Origin: Polyangiaceae bacterium | GTDB lineage: Bacteria; Myxococcota_A; Polyangia; Polyangiales; Polyangiaceae | Assembly (NCBI GenBank): GCA_019637295.1 | Contig: JAHBVX010000011.1 | Location: 17,735-81,734 of the forward strand | Length of the DNA: 64,000 nt | Reading direction: 5' to 3' | Shown here: positions 42,295 to 50,616 of the stretch, piece by piece | Position numbering within the stretch: the stretch's first letter is position 1 | Layout of the letters: the number at the start of each line of letters is the position of its first letter | Made by a program: the position numbers and the translations under genes | Notes under the pieces: generated by a model | Database searches by the model: none | Told to the model about the DNA's origin: nothing | What the model saw: only the letters and a program-made list of their open reading frames with translations

Positions 42295-42444
42295 TCAGAT
42301 CGAGTAGTCAATCGGAGGCGGAACCGCCTGCGACGCTCGCCGCCGCAGGCGCGCTTGCCACCAGTCGAAGGCGCGAAACATCAGCACGCCCCAGCCGAAC
42401 GGGACGAGCACGCAGGCGAGCGCGTACGCGACTGTCGAGCTCAT
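42295..42444 (-). CDS. possible 49-aa small membrane protein upstream of the TauE-like gene (too short for the ORF track)
   Basis: My own translation is MSSTVAYALACVLVPFGWGVLMFRAFDWWQARLRRRASQAVPPPIDYSI. It has a strong G/C bias at third positions, a GGGGGAG Shine-Dalgarno a few nt before the ATG, and one hydrophobic helix. Confidence 0.45.
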   Translation of the reverse strand: MSSTVAYALACVLVPFGWGVLMFRAFDWWQARLRRRASQAVPPPIDYSI

Positions 42445-42551
42445 GGCTCCCCCTGCCGAGCGGCCTCGAGGTGCTGCATTCTGCTCGGAGTTTACGCGCG
42501 GACGAGGCCCGGGCGAAATCCCGCGCCAGCTTTGCTATAAGCCGCGCCGAA

Positions 42552-43901
42552 ATGTCCCAGGAGGTCGTGATTGGCGTCGCGGAGCTCGACCGCCGCCTCA
42601 GGCGGGCGGTGGAGCAAGCCTCCGGCCGAGAGTGGGTCGAGGGCGAGGTGGGTTCGCTCCGGCTCGCGCCCAGCGGTCACGCCTACTTCACCCTGAAGGA
42701 CGAGGCCGAGGACGCGGTGATCGACTGCGTGGCGTACCGCAACACGGCGTTAGGCGTCCGGCGCCACCTCTCGGACGGCGCCAAGGTCCAGGTGTTCGGT
42801 CGAGCGACGGTCTGGGCCCCGCGCGGCAGGCTCCAGCTCGTCGTCGATCGCGTCCGCCCGGTCGGCCGCGGCGCCTTGCTCGAGGCGCTCGAGCGCCTGA
42901 AGCAGCAGCTCGCCCAGGAAGGTTTGTTCGACACGGCGCGGAAGCGTCCGCTGCCGGCGTCGCCACGGGTCGTCGGCGTGGTCACCAGCGGTCATGGCGC
43001 GGCCTTCGCGGACGTGCGGACGGTCGCGTTCCGTCGCGGCGGGGTTCGGCTCGTGCTCGCGCCGGCGCTCGTGCAAGGCGAGGGCGCCGCCGAGAGCATC
43101 GTCCGCGCGCTCGATCTGATCGAGCGCTACCCAGGACTCGACGTGCTCATCGTCGGGCGCGGCGGAGGGTCCACGGAGGACCTGATGGCGTTCAACGACG
43201 AACGAGTGGTGCGGCGTGTGGCCGGCGCCACGGTCCCGGTGGTCAGCGCCGTGGGCCACGAAATCGACGTCACGCTCTGTGATCTCGTCGCTGACGTGCG
43301 CGCGGCGACGCCGTCGCAGGCTGCCGAGCTCGTGATACCCGACGCGTCGTCGCGACTCGCGGCGCTGAAGGTCGCGCGTGGGCAGCTGCTGCGCGCCTGG
43401 CTGGCGGGCCTCGGCGTTCGCCGCTCCACGCTGGTGAACTTGCGCCTGAGGCTCTCGGACCCGCGCTTCCTGCTGGCCGAGCGGCAACAGTCACTGGACG
43501 AATTCCGTCATCGCCTCGAACGCGCTCACCGGGCTGGGCTCGCTCGCCGCCGCGGGCGGCTCTCGGCAGCAGAGTCGAAGCTCCTCGCTCGTCACCCGCG
43601 TACCGTGCTGGCTGCGGGACGGGGACGCATCGGTCCCCTCGCAGAGCGGTTGCGGTCACTCATGACCTTGCACCTGGCCGGGCACGGTGCGCGGCTGAGG
43701 GAGCGCCGGGTTGGACTCGAAGCGCTCTCTCCGCTCGCCATCCTGGAGCGCGGCTACGCCATCGTGACTCGGTCCGATGGTCGAGCGCTCACCCGCAGCG
43801 ACGACGCGCGCTCGGGCGAGCGGCTCGGTGTGCGCTTGCACCAAGGTCACCTCGGTGTCGAGGTAGTCGAGGTGCTCGTCGACGACGAGGGCGGCACGTG
43901 A
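42552..43901 (+). CDS. xseA: exodeoxyribonuclease VII large subunit
   Basis: ATG 42552 gives MSQEVVIGVAELDRRLRRAVE. It has an OB-fold with SGHAYFTLKD and the catalytic region VVTSGHGAAFADV...RGGGSTEDLMAFNDE. Length is 449 aa. Confidence 0.9.
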   Translation: MSQEVVIGVAELDRRLRRAVEQASGREWVEGEVGSLRLAPSGHAYFTLKDEAEDAVIDCVAYRNTALGVRRHLSDGAKVQVFGRATVWAPRGRLQLVVDRVRPVGRGALLEALERLKQQLAQEGLFDTARKRPLPASPRVVGVVTSGHGAAFADVRTVAFRRGGVRLVLAPALVQGEGAAESIVRALDLIERYPGLDVLIVGRGGGSTEDLMAFNDERVVRRVAGATVPVVSAVGHEIDVTLCDLVADVRAATPSQAAELVIPDASSRLAALKVARGQLLRAWLAGLGVRRSTLVNLRLRLSDPRFLLAERQQSLDEFRHRLERAHRAGLARRRGRLSAAESKLLARHPRTVLAAGRGRIGPLAERLRSLMTLHLAGHGARLRERRVGLEALSPLAILERGYAIVTRSDGRALTRSDDARSGERLGVRLHQGHLGVEVVEVLVDDEGGT

Positions 43902-44743
43902 GCTGCGACCGAGTGGCGCTGATCGGGCATCCGGTTGCGCATTCACTTTCCCCCGCGCTACATGCCGCGGCCTACGAGGCGCTCGGGCTTCACATGCACT
44001 ACGAGCTCGTGGACTGTCCCGACGAGGCGTCGGTGCACGCGGCGGTCGACGCGCTGCGCGGCGGCCACTACCTCGGGCTGAACGTCACGCTGCCCTGGAA
44101 ACGAACCGCGCTCTCTCTCGCTGACGAGCTTGGACCGTCGGCCCGTCGCGTGGGCGCCGCCAACGTGCTGGCACGAGACGGTGAGCGCGTGCTGGCGCAC
44201 AACACGGATCTGCTGGCGCTGGTCGAGCGCCTGCGGGTCCACGGCATCGGCCGCGGACCCGCGCTCGTGCTCGGCGGCGGCGGGGCGGCGCTGGCGGCCA
44301 CGGCGGCCCTGACGGAGCTGGGAGCCACGCCCTGGGTGCTCGCGCGGCGCTTCGTCGAGCGCGGCGCGCGCGCTCTCTTCGCGCCGCTCGGAGCCAGCGC
44401 GATCGCGCCAGGCGCGGCGCTCGACCCCGGGGCGCCGTTTCGGGTCGTCGTTCAGGCCACCAGCGCCGGAATGTCCGGAAGGAGCCCGGGCGAGGACATT
44501 CTGGGCTGGATCGACTGGGACCAGGTGGAGCCCGACGCATTGTGCCTGGACGTGGTGTATGTTCCCGCGCGTACCCCGTTCCTGGAGGTGGCACGGGGGC
44601 GCGGGAGGCGCAGCGAAGGTGGGCTCGAGATGTTGATCGGTCAGGCAGCGCATTCCGTCGCGCTCTGGACGGGGCGGACGCCGCCCGTCGAGGCCATGCG
44701 CCGCGCCGCGCACGTCGCCCTGGGCCCGGAGGCCGAGTCGTGA
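43898..44743 (+). CDS. aroE: shikimate dehydrogenase
   Basis: GTG 43898 overlaps the xseA stop as GTGA. Motifs are VALIGHPVAHSLSPALHAAAY, GLNVTLPWK and GGGGAALA (Rossmann). Confidence 0.85.
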   Translation: MSCDRVALIGHPVAHSLSPALHAAAYEALGLHMHYELVDCPDEASVHAAVDALRGGHYLGLNVTLPWKRTALSLADELGPSARRVGAANVLARDGERVLAHNTDLLALVERLRVHGIGRGPALVLGGGGAALAATAALTELGATPWVLARRFVERGARALFAPLGASAIAPGAALDPGAPFRVVVQATSAGMSGRSPGEDILGWIDWDQVEPDALCLDVVYVPARTPFLEVARGRGRRSEGGLEMLIGQAAHSVALWTGRTPPVEAMRRAAHVALGPEAES

Positions 44744-46725
44744 GCGAGTCGACGGACCGCATCGAGCCGTGGCCCGTGGTGCACACGGCTGGCGATCTGG
44801 ACCGCTCGCTGCGGGAGTGGCTGCACACCAACGGCACCGGGGCGTACGCGATGAGCACCCTCGCCTTGATGCACACCCGCCGTGAGCACGGCATGCTGGT
44901 CGTGACGCTCGAGCCGCCGCTCGGTCGCTACGTCGTGCTCAGTCACGCGGAGACCCAAGTGACCATCGGCGCACGAACCCATCGTTTGTCGACCCACCAG
45001 TTCCCCGACGTCGCCCCCACTCCGGGCTATCGACTGCTCCACAGCTATGCCCAAGATCCATTGCCACGCTGGCGTTTCAAGCTGGGCAAGCACTTCTTCG
45101 ACCGCACGATCTGCCTCGCGCGCAACAAGAACGTCCTCGTGATCCGCTACGAGTGGCACGGCAAGGCCCCTGTGCTCTTGAACGTGAGACCCTTGTTGCC
45201 GGTTCGGCGCGCCTGCGAGCTCACGCACGAGCACGGCGCCATGGTACAGCGCGTGACGCTGCGCTCCGGTGAGGTGGAGATCCAACCGGTGCCTCACGTG
45301 CCACCCGTCGTGTTCGGTCATCGTGGCATGTTCATGGGTTCGCCGGACTGGTGGCGGCGGTTCGAGTACACCCACGACCGCGCGCAGTTTCGCGAGTGTG
45401 AGGAGGACCTGTGGACCCCGGGTACCTTCGAGCTGCGCGTTCGCCCCGGTGAGCCCTGCTACTTGGTCACGGCGCTCGGTGAGCTGCCGGAGGAGTCCCC
45501 CTCGGAGCTGATGGCGGAGGCCCGGGAGCACCTGCTCTCCCTCGATCCCGGGCCCGCGCACGCCCCGGTGGTGCGGCAGCTCTCGGTGGCGGCGGACTCG
45601 TTCTTGGCCCGGAGCGAGTCAGGCACGTACGTGATCGCCGGCTACCCCGCGCTCGAGGTTCCGACGCGGGATCACCTGATCAGCCTGCCCGGGCTGACGC
45701 TCTGCCGCGGGCGCACCCAGGACGCAGCGGCGCTGCTCTGCACCGCCGCCAGCGAGCTCCACGCTGGCCTGTTGCCGAACTTCCTGCGCACGTCGAGCGC
45801 AGCGCTGCATCCCTGCCCGGACGCCACCTTGTGGCTGTTCGAGGCCACCAAGCAGTTCGTTGCCCACGCCGGGGTCGATCACCCCGCGCTGAGAGCGACG
45901 CTGCTTCCTGCGCTCGTGCGCGCGTTCGTCCGCATGTCCAGACCCCGCGGGCAGTGGGCGTGGTGTACCCGCGAGGGACTGCTCGTCACCGACCATCCCG
46001 ACCAGCCCGCAACCTGGATGGACGCCGTGTATGAAGGGCGGGCCGTCACGCCGCGTCGCGGCGTCGCCGTCGAACACCAAGCGCTGTGGTGCAGCGCCGG
46101 CGCGCTGCTGGCCCAGCTCGCCGACGCATACGAGATGGGCGCCCTGGCGGACACGGCACGGCAGGTCGCGGACCTCGCGGCCGAGGCCTTCCGGGGGCGC
46201 TTCTGGTGTAACGAAACCGAGTATCCCTTCGACTGCATCAGCCCGGAGGGCGACACCGCCGAAGCTTGGGCCGATCCGGCCATTCGACCCAACGCGCTCG
46301 TAGCCGTCGCCGTGGCGCCCGCGCTGTTCGAGCCCTGGCAGGCCCGCTCGATCCTGACGCGAGCCCGGGACGAGCTGGTGACGCCGCGAGGCCTGCGCAG
46401 TCTGTCGCCGAGGGATCCAGGCTACCAGGGCGTCTACTCGGGCACGCCCGAGGAGCTCGAGACTCAATACCACCAGGGTACCGTGTGGAGCTTCCTGCTC
46501 GGGTCCTATGCGCGCGCGGCGGCCGCTCAGCACTCGGACGACAGCGCGCTGCTGCGCGAGCTGAGCGAGCTGCTCACGTCACTGGTAGCGGACTCCCCGA
46601 GCCTCGGACACGTGGCGCAGCTGAGCGATGGCGAGCCGCCTTACCGCACGCGCGGGGCTCCCGCGCAGGCGTGGAGCGTGGCAGAGCTGTTGCGCGGGCT
46701 CACTTGGGAACTCGGAGTGACGTAG
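44740..46725 (+). CDS. glycogen debranching enzyme-like protein (bacterial GDE N-terminal domain plus amylo-alpha-1,6-glucosidase)
   Basis: GTG 44740 overlaps the aroE stop as GTGA, giving 661 aa. It has REWLHTNGTGAYAMSTLALMHTRREHGMLV and the C-terminal (alpha/alpha)6-type TWMDAVYEGRAVTPRRG...YHQGTVWSFLLG. Confidence 0.8.
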   Translation: MSESTDRIEPWPVVHTAGDLDRSLREWLHTNGTGAYAMSTLALMHTRREHGMLVVTLEPPLGRYVVLSHAETQVTIGARTHRLSTHQFPDVAPTPGYRLLHSYAQDPLPRWRFKLGKHFFDRTICLARNKNVLVIRYEWHGKAPVLLNVRPLLPVRRACELTHEHGAMVQRVTLRSGEVEIQPVPHVPPVVFGHRGMFMGSPDWWRRFEYTHDRAQFRECEEDLWTPGTFELRVRPGEPCYLVTALGELPEESPSELMAEAREHLLSLDPGPAHAPVVRQLSVAADSFLARSESGTYVIAGYPALEVPTRDHLISLPGLTLCRGRTQDAAALLCTAASELHAGLLPNFLRTSSAALHPCPDATLWLFEATKQFVAHAGVDHPALRATLLPALVRAFVRMSRPRGQWAWCTREGLLVTDHPDQPATWMDAVYEGRAVTPRRGVAVEHQALWCSAGALLAQLADAYEMGALADTARQVADLAAEAFRGRFWCNETEYPFDCISPEGDTAEAWADPAIRPNALVAVAVAPALFEPWQARSILTRARDELVTPRGLRSLSPRDPGYQGVYSGTPEELETQYHQGTVWSFLLGSYARAAAAQHSDDSALLRELSELLTSLVADSPSLGHVAQLSDGEPPYRTRGAPAQAWSVAELLRGLTWELGVT

Positions 46726-47655
46726 ATGGCGTCGCGTGACCTGTCGATGCTCGGCTACCGGCGCATCGTCATGCTGCTCGTGGCGTTGGTCATCGTGCCG
46801 ACGGCGCTGATGCTTGCCGCAGGCGCCGTGCTGCTCATCCTGGGCGAAGCGAAGGTCAACCTGCTCATGGGGATCCTGATCATCGCGCTGTCCGGGGCTT
46901 CCGTCACCGGCGTCATCTTGGTGTGGGTCTTCGTGCGGCGTGAGGCCAACCTCTCTCGCCTGCAGAGCGACTTCGTGTCGAAGGTCAGCCACGAGCTCCG
47001 AACGCCGCTGACCTCGATCCGACTGTTCACCGAGACCCTCGCGCTACGTCGGGGCGACACCGCGGCGGAGGACAAGTGCATCGAAGGGCTCGCCAAGGAG
47101 AGCGTGCGCCTTCAGGAGCTCATCGACCGGCTGCTGGACTGGGGGCGCATGGAGAGCGGCCACCGTGAGTTTCGTCTCACCCCGGTCGACGCGCGCCGGG
47201 TGGTGGAGGACGCCGCCGACGCGTTCGCCCCCGTGGGCGAGCGCCGTCGAACCGAGCTGACCGTGGACCTACCGAGCGACCCGGCCATGATCCGGGCAGA
47301 TCGGGCCGCGCTGCTCGACGCCCTGTTCAACCTGCTCACCAACGCCCACAAGTACGGCGGGGATCCGCCGCGCATCCGGGTCACCGTGACGAGCACGCCC
47401 CAAGCGGTTCGGATCGCCGTCTCCGACGACGGGCCGGGCATCGCGCCCGCGGAACACCAGCGGATATTCCAGAAGTTCTACCGCGTGGATGACCGCTTGT
47501 CGCGGGAACGCGAGGGGTCCGGTCTCGGCCTCGCCATCGTCAACCACGTGGTGCGCGCACACCGTGGCCACGTCGAACTGGACAGCGCGCCGGGCGAGGG
47601 TAGTACCTTCACCCTGGTGCTTCCCCGCCATACGGAGGAGGGCGAGGATGACTGA
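46726..47655 (+). CDS. sensor histidine kinase with two TM helices and essentially no extracytoplasmic loop (intramembrane-sensing type)
   Basis: The ATG follows the preceding TAG directly. TM helices are IVMLLVALVIVPTALMLAAGAVLLILG and LLMGILIIALSGASVTGVILVWVFV. The H-box is FVSKVSHELRTPLTSI, with N/G boxes LLTNAHKYG, DDGPGI and GSGLGLAIV. Confidence 0.88.
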   Translation: MASRDLSMLGYRRIVMLLVALVIVPTALMLAAGAVLLILGEAKVNLLMGILIIALSGASVTGVILVWVFVRREANLSRLQSDFVSKVSHELRTPLTSIRLFTETLALRRGDTAAEDKCIEGLAKESVRLQELIDRLLDWGRMESGHREFRLTPVDARRVVEDAADAFAPVGERRRTELTVDLPSDPAMIRADRAALLDALFNLLTNAHKYGGDPPRIRVTVTSTPQAVRIAVSDDGPGIAPAEHQRIFQKFYRVDDRLSREREGSGLGLAIVNHVVRAHRGHVELDSAPGEGSTFTLVLPRHTEEGEDD

Positions 47656-48349
47656 GGTCAAGCGTCGCATCCTGATCGTCGAAGACGACGAGAGCATCAC
47701 CCTGGGTCTGCAGATGAACCTGGAGGCCGAGGGCTACGAGGTCGTGGTCGCCGCGGACGGCGACGCAGGGCTCGAGGCGGCGCAGGCGCACGACTTCGCG
47801 CTGGTAGTGCTCGACGTCATGCTGCCCCGGATGAACGGCTTCGAGGTCGTTCGTCGACTTCGCGCCGAGGGGCATCGGGTGCCCGTCGTCATGCTCAGCG
47901 CGCGAGGGGCCGAGATGGACAAGGTCATGGGTCTCGAACTCGGCGCGGAGGACTACATCACCAAGCCCTTCAGCTTGGCGGAGTTCTTGGCGCGCGTCCG
48001 CGCCGTGCTGCGGCGTGACGCCATCGCGCGCTCACCGGAGGCGCGGGTGATCGCCGCCGGGGCTCTGCAGATCGACGCCGAGACCCGCGAGGTGCGACGC
48101 AACGGCGAGTTGGTGGACTTGACAGCCACCGAGTTCGACCTGCTGATGTGCCTGGCCAGAGCGGGAGGCAAGGTGCTCTCGCGTGACGAGATCCTGTCGC
48201 AGGTGTGGGGGCCGGGGCATCACGGTACGCTGCGGACGATCGACAACTTCGTGCTGCAGCTCCGCAGCAAGCTCGAGGTAGACCCGAGCGCGCCGCGCCA
48301 CCTGGTCACGGTGCGCGGCGTCGGGTATCGGTTCTTGCCGTCGTCGTGA
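47648..48349 (+). CDS. OmpR-family response regulator
   Basis: ATG 47648 overlaps the kinase 3' end by 8 nt. The receiver domain has RILIVEDDES...LDVMLPRMNGF, and a winged-helix C-terminus has LTATEFDLLMCLA...VRGVGYRF. Confidence 0.9.
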   Translation: MTEVKRRILIVEDDESITLGLQMNLEAEGYEVVVAADGDAGLEAAQAHDFALVVLDVMLPRMNGFEVVRRLRAEGHRVPVVMLSARGAEMDKVMGLELGAEDYITKPFSLAEFLARVRAVLRRDAIARSPEARVIAAGALQIDAETREVRRNGELVDLTATEFDLLMCLARAGGKVLSRDEILSQVWGPGHHGTLRTIDNFVLQLRSKLEVDPSAPRHLVTVRGVGYRFLPSS

Positions 48350-48352
48350 GGT

Positions 48353-49207
48353 TCAGTTGTACCAGGTGCACTGACCGGAGACACAACCGCAACCCTTGAC
48401 GGCGGGCGCGCTGCACTCGCAGGTGCTGATGCCGCTGGATACCGCGGGATTGAAGCAGAGCTCTCCGCCGCAGCCGCCGGACGTGCAGTCCGCGTCGGAG
48501 CTGCAGGCGTCGTTGCTGTTCTTGACGCACGCGCCGCTGGCGGGGACGCGCTCGTCATCGCCGCAGGCGAGCTCGATGCAAGCGCCGCCGGGCTCCGTAC
48601 AAATTCCGCAGCTCGCGTTGCAGCACTCCTGCCCGGCGGTACACACGTTCTTTCCGCAGACCTCGCCCGCGCTCTCACACTGAGCGTACGCCTTCTGACA
48701 GTCTTCGAGGCTGGCGAACAGGCTGGGGCAGTCACTGCCTGCGCAGGAGCAGCCGCCGAGGGGTTCGCAGGTCTCGCCGGTCCAGCGATAGCCGAGCATC
48801 ATGTCGCACTGGCCCATCGCCCTGGCGTTTTGTCCCTCACAAGCGTCGCTGCACTCGACCTGGATGCAGGCGCCGCCCGGGTCGACGCAGATCCCGCAGC
48901 TCGCGTTGCAGCACTCCTGACCGACTCCGCAGGTGACGCTGCCGCACGCCACGCCTGCGCCGCCGCCGTCCTGGGCTGGCTCGCACACCAGCTCGATGCA
49001 AGCGCCGCCCTTGGGCGCGCAGATGCCGCAGCTCTCGTTGCAGCAGAACTCGCCTGCCTGGCAGCTGTTGCTGCCGCACGGCTGGCTATCCGAGCCGATG
49101 GGGACCTCGCTCGACGAGCAGCCACCGCCCTTGGCGCCGGCCAGGAGCGGGACCGCGAACATCACACCGAGACCGAGAGATCGCTTGAAGAAAGCTGCTA
49201 GTCGCAT
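48353..49207 (-). CDS. secreted Cys-rich modular protein (three 8-Cys modules plus two further Cys-rich domains)
   Basis: Signal-like MRLAAFFKRSLGLGVMFAVPLLAGA. The three modules are CGSNSCQAGEFCCNESCGICAPKGGACIELVC, CGSVTCGVGQECCNASCGICVDPGGACIQVEC and CGKNVCTAGQECCNASCGICTEPGGACIELAC. The C-terminal Cys cluster is CSSDADCTSGGCGGELCF...CECS...GCGCVSGQCTWY. Confidence 0.78.
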   Translation of the reverse strand: MRLAAFFKRSLGLGVMFAVPLLAGAKGGGCSSSEVPIGSDSQPCGSNSCQAGEFCCNESCGICAPKGGACIELVCEPAQDGGGAGVACGSVTCGVGQECCNASCGICVDPGGACIQVECSDACEGQNARAMGQCDMMLGYRWTGETCEPLGGCSCAGSDCPSLFASLEDCQKAYAQCESAGEVCGKNVCTAGQECCNASCGICTEPGGACIELACGDDERVPASGACVKNSNDACSSDADCTSGGCGGELCFNPAVSSGISTCECSAPAVKGCGCVSGQCTWYN

Positions 49208-49283
49208 CACGAAAGACCCTCCTGCTTGGTCGATGTAGGTGAGTGTCCGAGCGGGTGGCTGTCCGTCACGAAATCGACGCGGC

Positions 49284-50027
49284 TCAGCGACACGAGGCGC
49301 TCACTCGCGCCCGCAGCGGCGAGGAGGGGTGAGCCTCGAGGAACTTCTCCGCCAGCCGTCTCGCCTGATCACGCTGCCCCGCCGCACACGTCCCGAGGAC
49401 GCGGGCTGCCTCGCGCTCGGGTGTCAACGCGCCACCCGGGAAGGTGCGCTCGTGCTGGTCGAGCGCAGCGAGGGCCGTGCCGGGGCGTCCCGCAGCGAGC
49501 TCGCGTTGTGCGTGGCTGAGCAGCTTGGACTCGCGCTCCAGCTCATCCGCCGCGCGCGCGGCGGGTGGGATGGCTGACGCGGTGGAGGCGCGTTGCGGGC
49601 GCCGCTCAGGAGCTCGGGGGGACTGCTCGACAGCAGGGGGAGTGTCCGCGGCTGCCGTCGCCCCGGGAGTGGGGGCCGAGCTGGGCTCTGCGACGGGGAG
49701 CGGAGCCGGGGGAGCGACGTTCGTGGCGGTCGAGCGCGACGGATGCTCCGCCGGCTCGGCTGACATCGCCGCCGGCAGCGCCACCAGCAGCCCTACACCC
49801 ACGCCTCCCGCCAGCCAGGTCAGCAGGCTGCCGACCGTCGCACCGCCCGCGCCCACGCCCGCGCTCGCCGCGGCGCCCGCGGCGGTCGTGCTGGACGCCA
49901 ACACCGCGCTGGTGCCGAGGGCGCTGACCAGGGCGCGGCGGACTCGGGCTCGGTCCGCTGGGCTCGGTCCGTCGTGCTGGCTGCCCAGCTCGATCAGGCT
50001 GCGGGCCGCGTCGCTGAGCTCCTTCAC
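49284..50027 (-). CDS. putative anti-sigma factor (single-pass membrane protein)
   Basis: GTG 50027 overlaps the ECF sigma stop as GTGA. It has a short cytoplasmic N-terminus, a TM segment (LLTWLAGGVGVGLLVALPAAM), a Pro/Ala-rich spacer and a helical C-terminal domain. The call rests on position and topology only. Confidence 0.5.
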   Translation of the reverse strand: MKELSDAARSLIELGSQHDGPSPADRARVRRALVSALGTSAVLASSTTAAGAAASAGVGAGGATVGSLLTWLAGGVGVGLLVALPAAMSAEPAEHPSRSTATNVAPPAPLPVAEPSSAPTPGATAAADTPPAVEQSPRAPERRPQRASTASAIPPAARAADELERESKLLSHAQRELAAGRPGTALAALDQHERTFPGGALTPEREAARVLGTCAAGQRDQARRLAEKFLEAHPSSPLRARVSASCR

Positions 50028-50584
50028 GGTCTGCTCCGAGCGCGCAGGCGCGCTAGCGTGGCGTCGAAGTCTCGTCGCGCCGCCCGCAAGCGCGAGTACA
50101 CCGTGTTCAAGTTGACACCGAGCGCATCGGAGACCTCCGGCGCGCTCATCTGCTCGAGATCCATCATCACGAACACCACGCGACGGTCGTGCTCCAGGGA
50201 CTCGAGGATGGCGTGCAAGAGCCGCACCGCGTGGGCGCGCGCGGTCGCGTCCTCGGGCCCCAGCGCGTCCGGATCCCAGAGGCCTTCGGGCAGGGGCTCG
50301 CCAGCCCGCTTGCCGGCGCTGCGGCGATGGCGCTGCGCCACGCGGAGCGCGATCCCGAACAGCCAGGTCCGCAGCGTGGACCGCGCCTCGAACTCGGCCA
50401 GACGCCGGTGGACGACCACGAACACGTCCTGTGCCGCGTCGTCGAGCGCCGACTCGGGTACGCCCAGCCGCCGCAGGCTGCGCCAGACGAAGTCGAAGTG
50501 GTCGTCATAGAGGACATCGAACGCGGGGACCGGCGAGCAGTCCGGCTGGGGAGGCGCGGGCCTCGCCGCGGCCAGACTGGTCAT
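50024..50584 (-). CDS. ECF (group 4) RNA polymerase sigma factor
   Basis: ATG 50584 within the longer ORF 50024..51511, giving 186 aa. The sigma-70 region 2 is FDFVWRSLRRLGVPESALDDAAQDVFVVVHRRL, and region 4 is LEQMSAPEVSDALGVNLNTVYSRLRAAR. Confidence 0.88.
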   Translation of the reverse strand: MTSLAAARPAPPQPDCSPVPAFDVLYDDHFDFVWRSLRRLGVPESALDDAAQDVFVVVHRRLAEFEARSTLRTWLFGIALRVAQRHRRSAGKRAGEPLPEGLWDPDALGPEDATARAHAVRLLHAILESLEHDRRVVFVMMDLEQMSAPEVSDALGVNLNTVYSRLRAARRDFDATLARLRARSRP

Positions 50585-50616
50585 CTCGGGTGAGTGCCCC
50601 GAGCCCAGGCGTTCCG

